Origin: Armatimonadia bacterium
GTDB lineage: Bacteria > Armatimonadota > Zipacnadia > Zipacnadales > UBA11051
Reading direction: 5' to 3'
DNA: 50,213 nt
NCBI GenBank assembly: GCA_039683575.1
Contig: JBDKRC010000277.1
Span: 1 to 50,213 of the forward strand
Shown piece by piece: positions 8,539 through 17,908 of this stretch. Within the stretch, counting starts at the first letter, position 1; each line of letters starts with the position of its first letter. A program made the translations under genes and the position numbers. The notes below the pieces were generated by a model that did not search any database, was not told the DNA's origin, and saw only the letters and a program-made list of their open reading frames with translations.

Positions 8539-10583
8539 CACGCCACCTCGGCCTTGGTGATGAACATTTGCTGCTCTTCTGGAGCGAGATCCACGAAGCG
8601 TACATTCCAGCCGCAGACCCTAACCTGAAGGTTGGCGTACTTCTCCGGAGTGCACTGCGCCTCACGCAGCAGGTCCGCATCGAAGACGTTGAACTGGATG
8701 GCCATCCCGCCCTGCGCAAAGTGGCTGCGGATGATCGAGCAGATCGTCGGGATGCCTGCAGAGCCCGTGACGACGCTGGGATGCAGCATGATGTCCAGCA
8801 CGGTCCCATTGGGGAACTGGGCCAGGTCCAGCGTGGTGACGGAGTTGATAAGCGAGGTAACGCCCTTGCTGTCCATCCCAATCGTCGCCCCGGTGTTGAT
8901 GGTCAAGGGTTGCCCGGCCAAGCGTCCATCCGGCAAGGCCCCCGTGTTCCTGCCAAAAGCCTTCGCTGTGTCGGTGATGCCATACAATGCTGCCTGGAAG
9001 ACCCCACCACGGGCGTTCGGCTCGTGGTTGAGGCGCTTGCCCAGGAAGTTGGTGATCTCTACAGCCAGATCATCCACGCGGGCATCGTTGTTGCCCCACT
9101 TCGGGACGCGATGTTGCGCAATCAGTCGCAGGCCCTCGTAGCCTTCCCAGTTGGCTGCCAGAGCAGCCCTGAGGTCTGCGAGGGTGCAGCGCTGCTCCTC
9201 GAAGACAATTTGCCTGACAGCCGCCAGCGAATCTGCCGCGTTGGCGAGCCCCACACAACAGCAGCCACTGGTGTTGTACTTGGCCCCAGCCTGCGATACA
9301 TCAAGGCCCCGTTCAATGCACGAATCCATGGTGCCCGAGAGCAGCGGGGACGGGCTCACCTGCGGCCACAGGCGCTCGTCCCGCCGCACCCTATCAATGG
9401 CGCGGGCGATTTGTGCGTCGAGGGTTCCGATATACGCCGCCATCAAGTCCTCGAAGGAGCCATAGTCTCCCGAAGCCAGGGCTATCTCAACTGCCTTCGC
9501 CAGATTCAGCCCGGCCGCTCCGGAGCAGTTAAGCTCCTTACCCATCACGGCGGGCTCATAGCAGCCGATCAGTATATAGTCCTTAGCGTCCTCCAACGTC
9601 TTCCCATTCTGGCGCAGCATCTCAACCTGCGCAGTGTCGTTGACCGTTACAATCCCGGTGCAGCCGGCCAGGATGCAGCCGGCGACTTCGTCCATGAAGT
9701 CCTGTGGCGTCTGCTCCCCCAGCCGCACATGCAGCTTGGGGTCCACAATCTGCATCTCGCGGTAGACCTCAAAAGCGAGGTATGACAGCTCGTTGACCTC
9801 GGGCCCGAAGAGAAACGGCTTTCCATAGAGCTTGCCCCGGGTCCTGGCAAAGAACTTCACCCAGAAGTACTTCAGAAGCTCTTTGGCATGGTCGCGCGTG
9901 AGCCGTCCGGCCTTCAGGTCAGCGACATAGAAGTTGCCGTAGAGTTGGTCAAATCTGCCCATCGAGCGGACACAGTAGCCGCCTTCCATCTCCTGCAACT
10001 CGTGGTAGAGGTACGCCAGTTGCAGTGCCTCGTGGAAGGTCTGCGGCGGGCGCTGTGCCAGGGCGGCCAGCGCCGCATTGCCCTGCGCCTCGGCGAGACG
10101 CTTGGCGAGGATGATGGCGCCGTCATAGACCATCGCCACGGCCTGATAGAAGTCGCCAGAGCGCCCTGCAGCGCGATCTCGTAGGCCCGTGAAGCCGTGC
10201 TGGAGCAGGCTCCTCCAGTCCGGGCAGATGTGGCCCACGTCCAGTTGCCCGGTCCAAGCCCCCAAAATGGCCTGTGGCTCGTCCTTGAATTCTCGGCCCT
10301 CTTCCTCACGCCGCCATTCCTCGCGCAGCGTGATGAGCAGGTTGTGATGCTCCAGCTTGTCGGCGAAGTAGTCATCCGGCTCGACGGCAAGGCGTGCCTT
10401 GGAGCAAAGCAGATGAAACAGCCAGGCCCGGGTCAGGATACGCGGCTCGTCCGGATTCTCAGCGCGGTGCTCATCTAGCTCGGCGACAAGCTCGTCTTTC
10501 GAGAGCCCGGAGGCGGGATCGAACTGCACGTCCAGATACTGCCGCTCTAACTGCTTGCGAACCTCATCGAATGGCCTAAGCAT
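8538..10583 (-). CDS. Glycyl radical enzyme (PFL superfamily, eliminase-like), 681 aa
   Basis: SMGRFDQ, Cys loop IGCYEP, PKWGN, GALPDGR.AG.PL, QFNV...LREAQ..PEKY.NLQVRVCGW glycyl loop. ATG 10583 has a GGAGG RBS. Confidence 0.93.
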   Translation of the reverse strand: MLRPFDEVRKQLERQYLDVQFDPASGLSKDELVAELDEHRAENPDEPRILTRAWLFHLLCSKARLAVEPDDYFADKLEHHNLLITLREEWRREEEGREFKDEPQAILGAWTGQLDVGHICPDWRSLLQHGFTGLRDRAAGRSGDFYQAVAMVYDGAIILAKRLAEAQGNAALAALAQRPPQTFHEALQLAYLYHELQEMEGGYCVRSMGRFDQLYGNFYVADLKAGRLTRDHAKELLKYFWVKFFARTRGKLYGKPFLFGPEVNELSYLAFEVYREMQIVDPKLHVRLGEQTPQDFMDEVAGCILAGCTGIVTVNDTAQVEMLRQNGKTLEDAKDYILIGCYEPAVMGKELNCSGAAGLNLAKAVEIALASGDYGSFEDLMAAYIGTLDAQIARAIDRVRRDERLWPQVSPSPLLSGTMDSCIERGLDVSQAGAKYNTSGCCCVGLANAADSLAAVRQIVFEEQRCTLADLRAALAANWEGYEGLRLIAQHRVPKWGNNDARVDDLAVEITNFLGKRLNHEPNARGGVFQAALYGITDTAKAFGRNTGALPDGRLAGQPLTINTGATIGMDSKGVTSLINSVTTLDLAQFPNGTVLDIMLHPSVVTGSAGIPTICSIIRSHFAQGGMAIQFNVFDADLLREAQCTPEKYANLQVRVCGWNVRFVDLAPEEQQMFITKAEVA

Positions 10584-11580
10584 GGTACGCCTCCGCGATT
10601 TCGTCCATCCTGCGGTCAAACTGCTCATCCACTACCTGGAACTCCGGGTTGTCCCAGTAGAATTGTATCGTGCGCTTGATCCCCTCGGCAAAACGCGTCG
10701 TGCAGACGAACTCAGGGACCGCCGCGCGGATCTTGCTGTTGTCATAGACGCTGTTGCTGGCGAACGAGATGAGCTTTTCGCCGAAATCCCCGCCCAGTTC
10801 GAACCCGAGGTCGTGCGCAGGCACGTGGCAGAGGTTCGGTTTGGTGCCCAGCGCATCCCCAACCAGCTCAGCCACCCGGTTCCAGGTCAGGAATTCATCC
10901 GAGGTGATATGAAAAGCCTCGCCGAACGCCGCCGGGTTACCACAGAGCCCCACGAAGGCCTTGGCGAAGTCTTCAGTGTGGGTGACGGTGCACAGCGCGT
11001 TGCCGTCATCATGCATGAGCAACGGCTTGCCCTGCAGGATGCGGTTGGCGATAGTCCAGGAGTAAGTCTGGTGGGGTGGCCCGACTGGATGCAGGATGCG
11101 GAGCTTGTTGTACGTGAAGGCCGGCCGCACGATGGTATAGTCCAGACCGCTGCTTTCGTGCTCCGCCTGTAAGCGTCGCTCGCACAGTATCTTGTTGCGG
11201 CCATACGACCACACCGTATTGCCGACCATGGTCTTGTCTTCAGTGATGATCTCGCACTGCGACCTCGTCCGGTAGACCGCCCCCGAGGAGATGAAGATAT
11301 ACTGGCCGCAGCGGTCCCGAAACAGCCCCAGGTTGCTCTCCAGTTGGTCCACTCCATAGCACAGGAAGTCCGCCACAACGTCGAAAGTCATGCCCTCGAG
11401 CTTCTGACGCAGCTCTTCCGGCTTGCCGACGTCACCCTGAATGCAGCGCGCTCCCTCGGGCACGAACATGGGGCGGTTGCCGCGGTTGAGCAGGTATAGC
11501 TCAATATCGCTATTCTGCGCGGCCAACGCGGCGATGTCGCCGCCAATACAGCCGGTTCCGCCCAGCAGCAGTACTCTCAT
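10576..11580 (-). CDS. NAD-dependent epimerase/dehydratase (extended/atypical SDR)
   Basis: GGTGCIG Rossmann motif, FISSGAVY, YGRNK (YxxxK), TIVRP..TY. The stop overlaps the GRE start. Confidence 0.9.
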   Translation of the reverse strand: MRVLLLGGTGCIGGDIAALAAQNSDIELYLLNRGNRPMFVPEGARCIQGDVGKPEELRQKLEGMTFDVVADFLCYGVDQLESNLGLFRDRCGQYIFISSGAVYRTRSQCEIITEDKTMVGNTVWSYGRNKILCERRLQAEHESSGLDYTIVRPAFTYNKLRILHPVGPPHQTYSWTIANRILQGKPLLMHDDGNALCTVTHTEDFAKAFVGLCGNPAAFGEAFHITSDEFLTWNRVAELVGDALGTKPNLCHVPAHDLGFELGGDFGEKLISFASNSVYDNSKIRAAVPEFVCTTRFAEGIKRTIQFYWDNPEFQVVDEQFDRRMDEIAEAYHA

Positions 11581-11582
11581 GG

Positions 11583-12587
11583 TCACTTCTCCCACAACAC
11601 AGGTTCGACATGCCCGCTCTCGATGGAGCGGAAGATCGCGTCAGTGATGATCTCGGTCCTGACGGCGCTTTCCAGCGCACACACCGGCTCTCTACCCGTC
11701 AGCAGGGCCTCAACATAGTCCTGAACCATGGGCAGATGGCAGTTCGGTGCCGTATGCGCCTCGATCTGCTGTGTACCGGCCGGGGTGGACTTGATGACCG
11801 GCCCGTTGCCGTGTGGCGGCCACTCATGCCAAGAAATGCGTCCCTCGGAGCCAAATAGCTCCAGCTCATGCCGGGTCCCCGGGGAAGTGCAGTTGAAGAT
11901 GATGGTGAAGATCTGGCCACCCGGGAACAACAGGGCCACCGTGGCGATCTCCTCCACGTCATTCATGACCGCTTTGTTCAGGACGCTCGCCTGCGCCATG
12001 ACGCCGGAGGGCATCCCAAAGAAGTTCTGGGCGATGTCTATCAGGTAGAAGCCCAGTTCCTTGATACGGCTGCAGCCAAGCTCCTGGCGGATGGGGCTGT
12101 TGCCGGGGTTGTAGTAGGGGGTGGAGTAGAGCGCCCAGCCGCCTGTCAGCTTCCCGATCTCGCCCTGTTTCAGCATGGCCTCGGTGATCTTGTACTGCTC
12201 GGACAGCCGCCGGTAGTTCGAGCAGCTTGTCACGCGGTCAGACCGACGGGCGGCCTCCAGAAGACGCAGGCACTCCGCGCCGTTGAGCCCCAGCGGTTTC
12301 TCGCAAAGCAGGTGCTTGCCAGCCTCGAGAGCGGCCAGACTCAGCTCAATGTGAGTGCTCTGCGGTGTTGCGATATAGACGGCATCGGCTCCGCTCTGCG
12401 CCAGCGCCATGGCATAGTCCGTGTAGACCTTCCCCCCACCGAGGCGCCCGGCCAGTTCGGTTGCGCGCTCCTGGCTGAGATCGCAAACAGCGATCAGCTC
12501 CGAGTTGTCTGTCTCAACGAGGGCGGGTCCCGCGCGCCTGGACGCGATGTCTCCGGCCCCGATCAGTAGCCACTTGACCTTAGTCAT
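11583..12587 (-). CDS. Gfo/Idh/MocA family oxidoreductase
   Basis: IGAGDIA, DAVYIATP..TH, GKHLLCEKP, ELFGSEG. Confidence 0.92.
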   Translation of the reverse strand: MTKVKWLLIGAGDIASRRAGPALVETDNSELIAVCDLSQERATELAGRLGGGKVYTDYAMALAQSGADAVYIATPQSTHIELSLAALEAGKHLLCEKPLGLNGAECLRLLEAARRSDRVTSCSNYRRLSEQYKITEAMLKQGEIGKLTGGWALYSTPYYNPGNSPIRQELGCSRIKELGFYLIDIAQNFFGMPSGVMAQASVLNKAVMNDVEEIATVALLFPGGQIFTIIFNCTSPGTRHELELFGSEGRISWHEWPPHGNGPVIKSTPAGTQQIEAHTAPNCHLPMVQDYVEALLTGREPVCALESAVRTEIITDAIFRSIESGHVEPVLWEK

Positions 12588-12689
12588 GTTACCCCTACGT
12601 AGTCTGTCTCGTCGTCATGCTGTGCTCGTTTCGCCAGCCCCAACATCGGTGCGGTAGACTTCAACGCCGTTCGCCAAAGGCCCTTCGAG

Positions 12690-12714
12690 ATATCCCGGGA
12701 TATTCCGGGTTATT
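12690..12714. promoter_or_regulatory. Putative operator: perfect 14-bp palindrome overlapping a 10-bp tandem repeat
   Basis: ATATCCCGGGATAT (12690-12703), with CCGGGATATT/CCGGGTTATT at 12695-12714, in the divergent intergenic region. Confidence 0.45.
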
Positions 12715-12728
12715 ACCGCGCCCTTGGG

Positions 12729-12757
12729 AGGACAATGGGACCCGGTAGGAGTATACT
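12729..12757 (+). promoter_or_regulatory. Putative sigma70-type promoter for the sugar catabolism operon
   Basis: AGGACA-17 bp-TATACT, about 70 bp upstream of the AGGAGG RBS and start at 12829. Confidence 0.5.
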
Positions 12758-12828
12758 AATCGCCGGTCCCTGGTGCCGCTGCCCCTGTCAGTCACCAGTT
12801 GAACCGCTCGTGATGTGTACAGGAGGTC

Positions 12829-14277
12829 GTGATGGCAGTCTCCGTGAAGCTTGGTTTTGTGCCGTCCTATCGGCGCTGGAACGATTGGACGGAGAAGATG
12901 CGTACCGATAGCCTGCGGGAGCTTGCGAAGCTCGCCGGGGTGCAGATTGTTGCTCCGCAGATCGCGCCGCCGGAGGCCGCACCCGATTCCATCACTGGGG
13001 CGACGGCGTATGGCGCTATCCACACCCTTGATGAGGCCGAGGCCGTGGCAGACTACTTCGCTCGGGAGCGGGTAGACGGCCTGATCCTCTGCCCTCTGGA
13101 CTTTGGCGATGAGCGTTCGGCCACCAAGATCGCGGAGAAGCTTCGGGTGCCGGTGCTGCTGTACGCCACCAAGGAGCCGCCTGGGGCCGCTGGCCCCGGC
13201 ATGTTGCGGCTGTCCGACTCCTATTGCGGCAACCTCTCCATGGCCGCCGGCCTGCATCGCCGCAAACTGGCATTCCGCTTCGCCGGGGTCTTCTTCCCTG
13301 ATGAAGCAGGCCTGCGCGCGGAGTTGGAGGCCTTCGCCAGCGCTGTCGCCGTGGTCAAGGGCCTGCAGAGCGCTCGCATCGGCCAGGTCGGCGTGCGGCC
13401 ACAGACCTTTGAGACTGTCGCGTATGACGAGATCGCCATGGCCCGCAAGTTCGGCCAGAACGTGATCTATAGCAACCTGATTGACATTCTCACCGAAGCT
13501 CGCGCCCTGGCGGATGACGATTCCGCTGTCCAGGACATCCTGGCCGACATCAGGCGTAAGGTACCCACTATCACGGTGGCGGATGATTACCAGCTCAAGG
13601 CAGCGAAGCTGGAAGCGGCGCTGGCGGCTTTCTGGCAGCGCAACGGCCTATCGGCCCTCACCATGCAGTGCTGGCACAGCATTCAGCTTGAGTATGGCAT
13701 CTCGCTGTGCGCGCTGTTCGGCCGCCTGACCGGCCGGCACCTGCTCACCGCCTGCGAGGCCGACGTCATGGGCGCTCTTTCGATGCTGAGCCAGTACCAG
13801 GCGTCCTTCGGGCAAGACCTGCCGCACTTCATCGACTGGACGATCCAGCACCGCGAGAACCCCAACCGCCTGCTGGCGTGGCACTGCGGCAACGCCCCCA
13901 CCTGCCTCGCACGCGAGGCTGGGGACGTAGCCCTGCGCTCCCGCAAGGACATGGCCGGAACCGAGCCGGTACCCACCGGCGACCCGCAGGCGGGCCTGTA
14001 CCAGTTCCCGGTCAAGCCCGGCCCGGTCACCTTCTGCCGTCTGGCCGAGTATGACGGCGACTGGAAGATGCTGATTGCCCGTGGGGAGGTCGTGCCTTCC
14101 GAGGAGACCCTCGCCGGCACGTGGGCCTGGGTTGAGGTCAGCGACCATCAACGTCTCTACCGCACTCTCGTGGAGCAGGGCTTTGTGCATCACGCCAGCA
14201 TGATCCACGGCGATCAGGTAGCGGCTCTCTCGCGCGCGTGCCAGTTCCTCGACATTGCGCCAACCATTGTGGAGTAG
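12829..14277 (+). CDS. L-fucose/L-arabinose isomerase family protein
   Basis: DFGDE, DSYCG, QCW, ACEAD, FIDW, WHCG, GPVTFCRL, GFVHH metal-site motifs. AGGAGG RBS (ATG 12832 is an alternative start). Confidence 0.88.
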   Translation: MMAVSVKLGFVPSYRRWNDWTEKMRTDSLRELAKLAGVQIVAPQIAPPEAAPDSITGATAYGAIHTLDEAEAVADYFARERVDGLILCPLDFGDERSATKIAEKLRVPVLLYATKEPPGAAGPGMLRLSDSYCGNLSMAAGLHRRKLAFRFAGVFFPDEAGLRAELEAFASAVAVVKGLQSARIGQVGVRPQTFETVAYDEIAMARKFGQNVIYSNLIDILTEARALADDDSAVQDILADIRRKVPTITVADDYQLKAAKLEAALAAFWQRNGLSALTMQCWHSIQLEYGISLCALFGRLTGRHLLTACEADVMGALSMLSQYQASFGQDLPHFIDWTIQHRENPNRLLAWHCGNAPTCLAREAGDVALRSRKDMAGTEPVPTGDPQAGLYQFPVKPGPVTFCRLAEYDGDWKMLIARGEVVPSEETLAGTWAWVEVSDHQRLYRTLVEQGFVHHASMIHGDQVAALSRACQFLDIAPTIVE

Positions 14278-14287
14278 TGATTTGACG

Positions 14288-15226
14288 ATGACGAAACTAG
14301 ATATAGTCGGGCTGGGCCTGTCCACGCTCGACGTGCTGATGCGACTGGGCGACATGCCCACCTGGGACAGCCCGCGGGGGATTACTGACTTCGGCCTCGA
14401 TGGCGGCGGCCCCGTAGGCACTGCCTGCGTGGCCGCGGCGCGATTGGGAGCCCGTGTCGGCTACGTTGGCACCGTTGGCAACGACCTCGTCGCAGAGCTC
14501 AAGACGAAATTCCTGGCAGACTACGGTGTTGACCTCAGCCGCCTCGTGCCCACAGACGGGCCAGAGACGCAGGTGGTGGGGGTCTATGTGCACGAAGAGA
14601 CAGGGGAGCGGATGTTCTCTGTGCTTCAGGGCCTGCGCACAACCGTCCTGCCCGTGGAGGCTCTGGACCGGTCGTACGTCACCTCGGCTCAATTCCTGCA
14701 CCTGGATGGCTTCTACCACGATTCTGCCGTGCAGGCCGCCCAGTGGGTGCACGAGGCCGGTGGGCGCGTTTGCATCGACTGCAGGCGCACCGATGACCTT
14801 GAGGTTCCGGCGCAGACCATCGAACTGCTCTCCTATGTCGACATCCTGGTGTGCGGCTCGGGCTTCTGCCGGGCCTTGACCGGGATGGAGGACATCTGGG
14901 CCGCTGGCCCGGCCGCGAGGGCCTTCGGGCCAGACGTTGTCGTGGAGACACAGGGGGAGACCGGCAGCTTCAGCTTCAGCGGCGACCGACAGTTCCATAC
15001 CCCGGCCTTCGACGTCGAGGTGCTCGACACCACCGGGGCGGGCGATGTCTTCCATGGCGCCTACCTCGTAGCCCTGCTGCACGGATGGGACCTGCCCCTT
15101 GCGGCACAGTTCGCGTCCGCCGCCTCGGCTCTGAAGTGCTCGAAGCTCGGCGGAAGGCGCGGCATTCCCGAATTCGACGAGACAATGCAGTTCCTGCGGC
15201 ACCGGGGGATTCAGATCCCCACGTAG
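14288..15226 (+). CDS. PfkB/ribokinase family carbohydrate kinase
   Basis: GGGPVGTACVAAARLG...GTVGND (PfkB signature 1) and DTTGAGDVFHGA (signature 2). Confidence 0.93.
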   Translation: MTKLDIVGLGLSTLDVLMRLGDMPTWDSPRGITDFGLDGGGPVGTACVAAARLGARVGYVGTVGNDLVAELKTKFLADYGVDLSRLVPTDGPETQVVGVYVHEETGERMFSVLQGLRTTVLPVEALDRSYVTSAQFLHLDGFYHDSAVQAAQWVHEAGGRVCIDCRRTDDLEVPAQTIELLSYVDILVCGSGFCRALTGMEDIWAAGPAARAFGPDVVVETQGETGSFSFSGDRQFHTPAFDVEVLDTTGAGDVFHGAYLVALLHGWDLPLAAQFASAASALKCSKLGGRRGIPEFDETMQFLRHRGIQIPT

Positions 15227-15309
15227 AGCTCAGTTGACGCGTGGTAGGCATGCTCCGCATGCCGGACCCAGTATCCGCAGTAAACCATGTACACCGAGGC
15301 GACAGGATC

Positions 15310-16440
15310 ATGAAGATCACAGATGTGAAGGCCCTTCCAGTCAAAGGACGCCACTGGCCACGTTTCCCCATGGTGTTCATTGAAGTCTACACCGATGAAG
15401 GTGTCGTCGGGGTAGGTGAGGCGCTAGCGTTCCAGGCTACCGGAGTGCTGGACTCAGTGGCACAGATCGGCGAGTGGCTGCGCGACGAGAACCCGCTGCA
15501 GATCGAGCGCCTGTGGGAGCGTTGCTTCCGGCGGGGAGCCGCCATGGCGGCGCTCAGTGGCATTGAAATCGCCCTGTGGGACATCGTCGGCCAGGTAGCC
15601 GGGTTGCCGGTCTACCAGCTTCTCGGCGGGCAGTGTCACGATCGGGTGCGGGTCTATGCCGATGGGTTCTTCCGAGGTGCCGATCCGACCCCGGAAGCCT
15701 ATGGCGCGAAAGCCGAAGAAGCCGTTGCAAAGGGCTTCACAGCGCTGAAGCTGGACATTGACGATTTCCTGTACCTCGGCGAGCGCCCCGCCCTGATCCG
15801 GTGTCACGGCGCCGACCTGGGCAGGCATATCACCAACGCTGAGATCCGGCAGGTAGAGGCCAGCGTTGCCACCATCCGCCAGCGCCTGGGCCCTGATGTA
15901 GACCTCGCCCTCGATTGCCACTGGGCCTTCGACGTCCCCTCCGGCCTGCGTCTGGGGCGGGCGCTTGAGCCTCACAACCTGATGTGGATTGAGGACCCCA
16001 CGCCCTCGGCCAGCGCTCCGGCGCTGGCGAAGCTCGCGAGCGAGTTGCCGATGCCGCTGTGCCTCGGTGAGGCCCTGGCTACCCGCTTTGGGTTCCGCGA
16101 GATCCTGGAGCGCCAGGCTGCCAGCATCATCATGCCTGACGTGGCCAGCAGTGGCGGTATCCTCGAGACCAAGAAGATCGCCGCGCTCGCAGACACCTAC
16201 TACGTCCCGATGGCCCCGCACGACATGGTAGGCCCCATCGCCACCGCCGCCACGCTGCAGCTTTGCTTCTCGATCCCGAACCTGCTGGTTGTGGAGCACC
16301 AGATGACCGACGTGGCGTGGCGCCACGAGCTTACCGACCAGCCGCTTCTGGTAGAGGACGGCTACTTCGACCTTCCGACCCGTCCCGGGCTCGGAATGGC
16401 CCTCAACCACGACGCCGTGCGCAAGTACCGCGCTGACTAG
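15310..16440 (+). CDS. Mandelate racemase/enolase superfamily acid-sugar dehydratase (galactonate dehydratase-like)
   Basis: MKITDV, TDEGVVGVGE, SGIEIALWDI.G...GLPVYQLLGG, KLD, DCH, WIEDP, GE, MPD, APH, PTRPGLG. Confidence 0.9.
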   Translation: MKITDVKALPVKGRHWPRFPMVFIEVYTDEGVVGVGEALAFQATGVLDSVAQIGEWLRDENPLQIERLWERCFRRGAAMAALSGIEIALWDIVGQVAGLPVYQLLGGQCHDRVRVYADGFFRGADPTPEAYGAKAEEAVAKGFTALKLDIDDFLYLGERPALIRCHGADLGRHITNAEIRQVEASVATIRQRLGPDVDLALDCHWAFDVPSGLRLGRALEPHNLMWIEDPTPSASAPALAKLASELPMPLCLGEALATRFGFREILERQAASIIMPDVASSGGILETKKIAALADTYYVPMAPHDMVGPIATAATLQLCFSIPNLLVVEHQMTDVAWRHELTDQPLLVEDGYFDLPTRPGLGMALNHDAVRKYRAD

Positions 16441-16463
16441 GCGCTTGAACGAAGGGATAACCC

Positions 16464-17894
16464 ATGCCTGACGATATCATTCCGCTGATTGTGAACGGTC
16501 AGCCAGTCATCACCGGGCAGAGCTTTGCGGTGATTGATCCCGCCACTGAGGAGACCATCGCGGAAGTGGCCAATGCTGACGAGAAAACCATGGAGGCGGC
16601 ACTCGTCGCCGCTCAGGCCGCCGGCGGTCCCTGGGCGCAAACCCCGGTTGGGGAGCGCAAAGCCGCCATCCTGCGCTACATCGCTCTGCTGGAGCGCGAC
16701 CGGGAGCGCTTGGCGGACCTGCTGGTGCGCGAGGCCGGCAAGCCTTACGACACCGCTTCCTATGAAGTGACCTGCCTCATAGGCTCCGTGCGGTACTTCC
16801 TGGAGGAGGCCGACCGGCTGCGTCAGGACGTTATCCCCGATCCGACCGGGCGTTTCCTGCACTACACCCTCCGCCAGCCACTCGGCGTCGTGGTAGGCTT
16901 TCTGGCCTGGAACTACCCCCTGCTGAACCTGGGCGACACGCTGGGCCCGGTCCTGGCTTCTGGCTGCACGGCGGTCATCAAGCCCTCCCAGCACACTCCG
17001 CTGGCTACTCTGGCCGCTACTGAGCTACTGGCTGAAGCCGGTATCCCTGCCGGTGTAGTCAACACCATCGCCTGCAATGCCCGGGCAACGGCCAACTACC
17101 TGCTCCAAAGCCCCGTGCCCTCGCTGATCACCATGATCGGTTCCACCGCCTCCGGCGTGAAGCTCATGGCCACGGCGGCGACCACCATCAAACACTTCTC
17201 CCTGGAACTGGGCGGCAACGCCCCGGCAATTGTCTACCCCGATGCCGATCTGGACGACGCGGCCCAGCGGATTGTCAACCTCAAGTTCAGCAACGCCGGA
17301 CAGGTCTGCGTAGCGCCCAATCGCGCCCTTGTGCATGCCGACATCTACGAGCAGTTCCTGACCATCGCTGCCGGGAAGGCCCGCGCCTTCAAGCTCGGTA
17401 GTGGCAAGGCCGACGGCCCGCTGATGGGGCCGATGATGACGCCACAGGCTCGCGATTGCGTGCTGGGGCTCGTGGCTGGGGCAGTGGAAGAGGGCGCCAA
17501 AGTGGTCTGTGGCGGCGCCAGGCCCGAGCAGCCCGCCCGCGGGTACTTCCTCCAGCCGACCATCCTGCGCGACGTCCGCCAGGACATGAAGATCGCCCGG
17601 CAGGAGATCTTCGGGCCACTGCTGCCCGTAATCCGCTACACGGACGACGACGATGTCATCGCCATGGCCAATGATACCTCCTACGGTCTGGCCGCCTACG
17701 TGTTCACAACGGACCTCAGCACCGCCCTCCGTGCGGGCGACCGCCTGGAAGCCGGCAGCGTGTGTGTTAACGAGCCTCACTTCGGGGTGCACCTGCCCCA
17801 CAGTGGCCTCAAGCAAAGTGGCGTCGGCCTCGACCGCTCGCCCTACAGCCTCGAAGAGTACCTCACCCTCAAGCGCGTGAGCATTCGCAAGTAG
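16464..17894 (+). CDS. NAD(P)-dependent aldehyde dehydrogenase (SSADH/lactaldehyde DH-like)
   Basis: WNYP, IKPS, IGST..G, LELGGNAP (catalytic Glu), NAGQVC (catalytic Cys), EIFGP, YGLAAY. Confidence 0.95.
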   Translation: MPDDIIPLIVNGQPVITGQSFAVIDPATEETIAEVANADEKTMEAALVAAQAAGGPWAQTPVGERKAAILRYIALLERDRERLADLLVREAGKPYDTASYEVTCLIGSVRYFLEEADRLRQDVIPDPTGRFLHYTLRQPLGVVVGFLAWNYPLLNLGDTLGPVLASGCTAVIKPSQHTPLATLAATELLAEAGIPAGVVNTIACNARATANYLLQSPVPSLITMIGSTASGVKLMATAATTIKHFSLELGGNAPAIVYPDADLDDAAQRIVNLKFSNAGQVCVAPNRALVHADIYEQFLTIAAGKARAFKLGSGKADGPLMGPMMTPQARDCVLGLVAGAVEEGAKVVCGGARPEQPARGYFLQPTILRDVRQDMKIARQEIFGPLLPVIRYTDDDDVIAMANDTSYGLAAYVFTTDLSTALRAGDRLEAGSVCVNEPHFGVHLPHSGLKQSGVGLDRSPYSLEEYLTLKRVSIRK

Positions 17895-17908
17895 CCAGGA
17901 GCATTGAC

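Noticed and set aside
8538-10583. Pyruvate formate-lyase (pflB) or choline TMA-lyase (cutC)
   Set aside because: Single Cys loop rather than Cys-Cys, shorter length, and no microcompartment or cut context.
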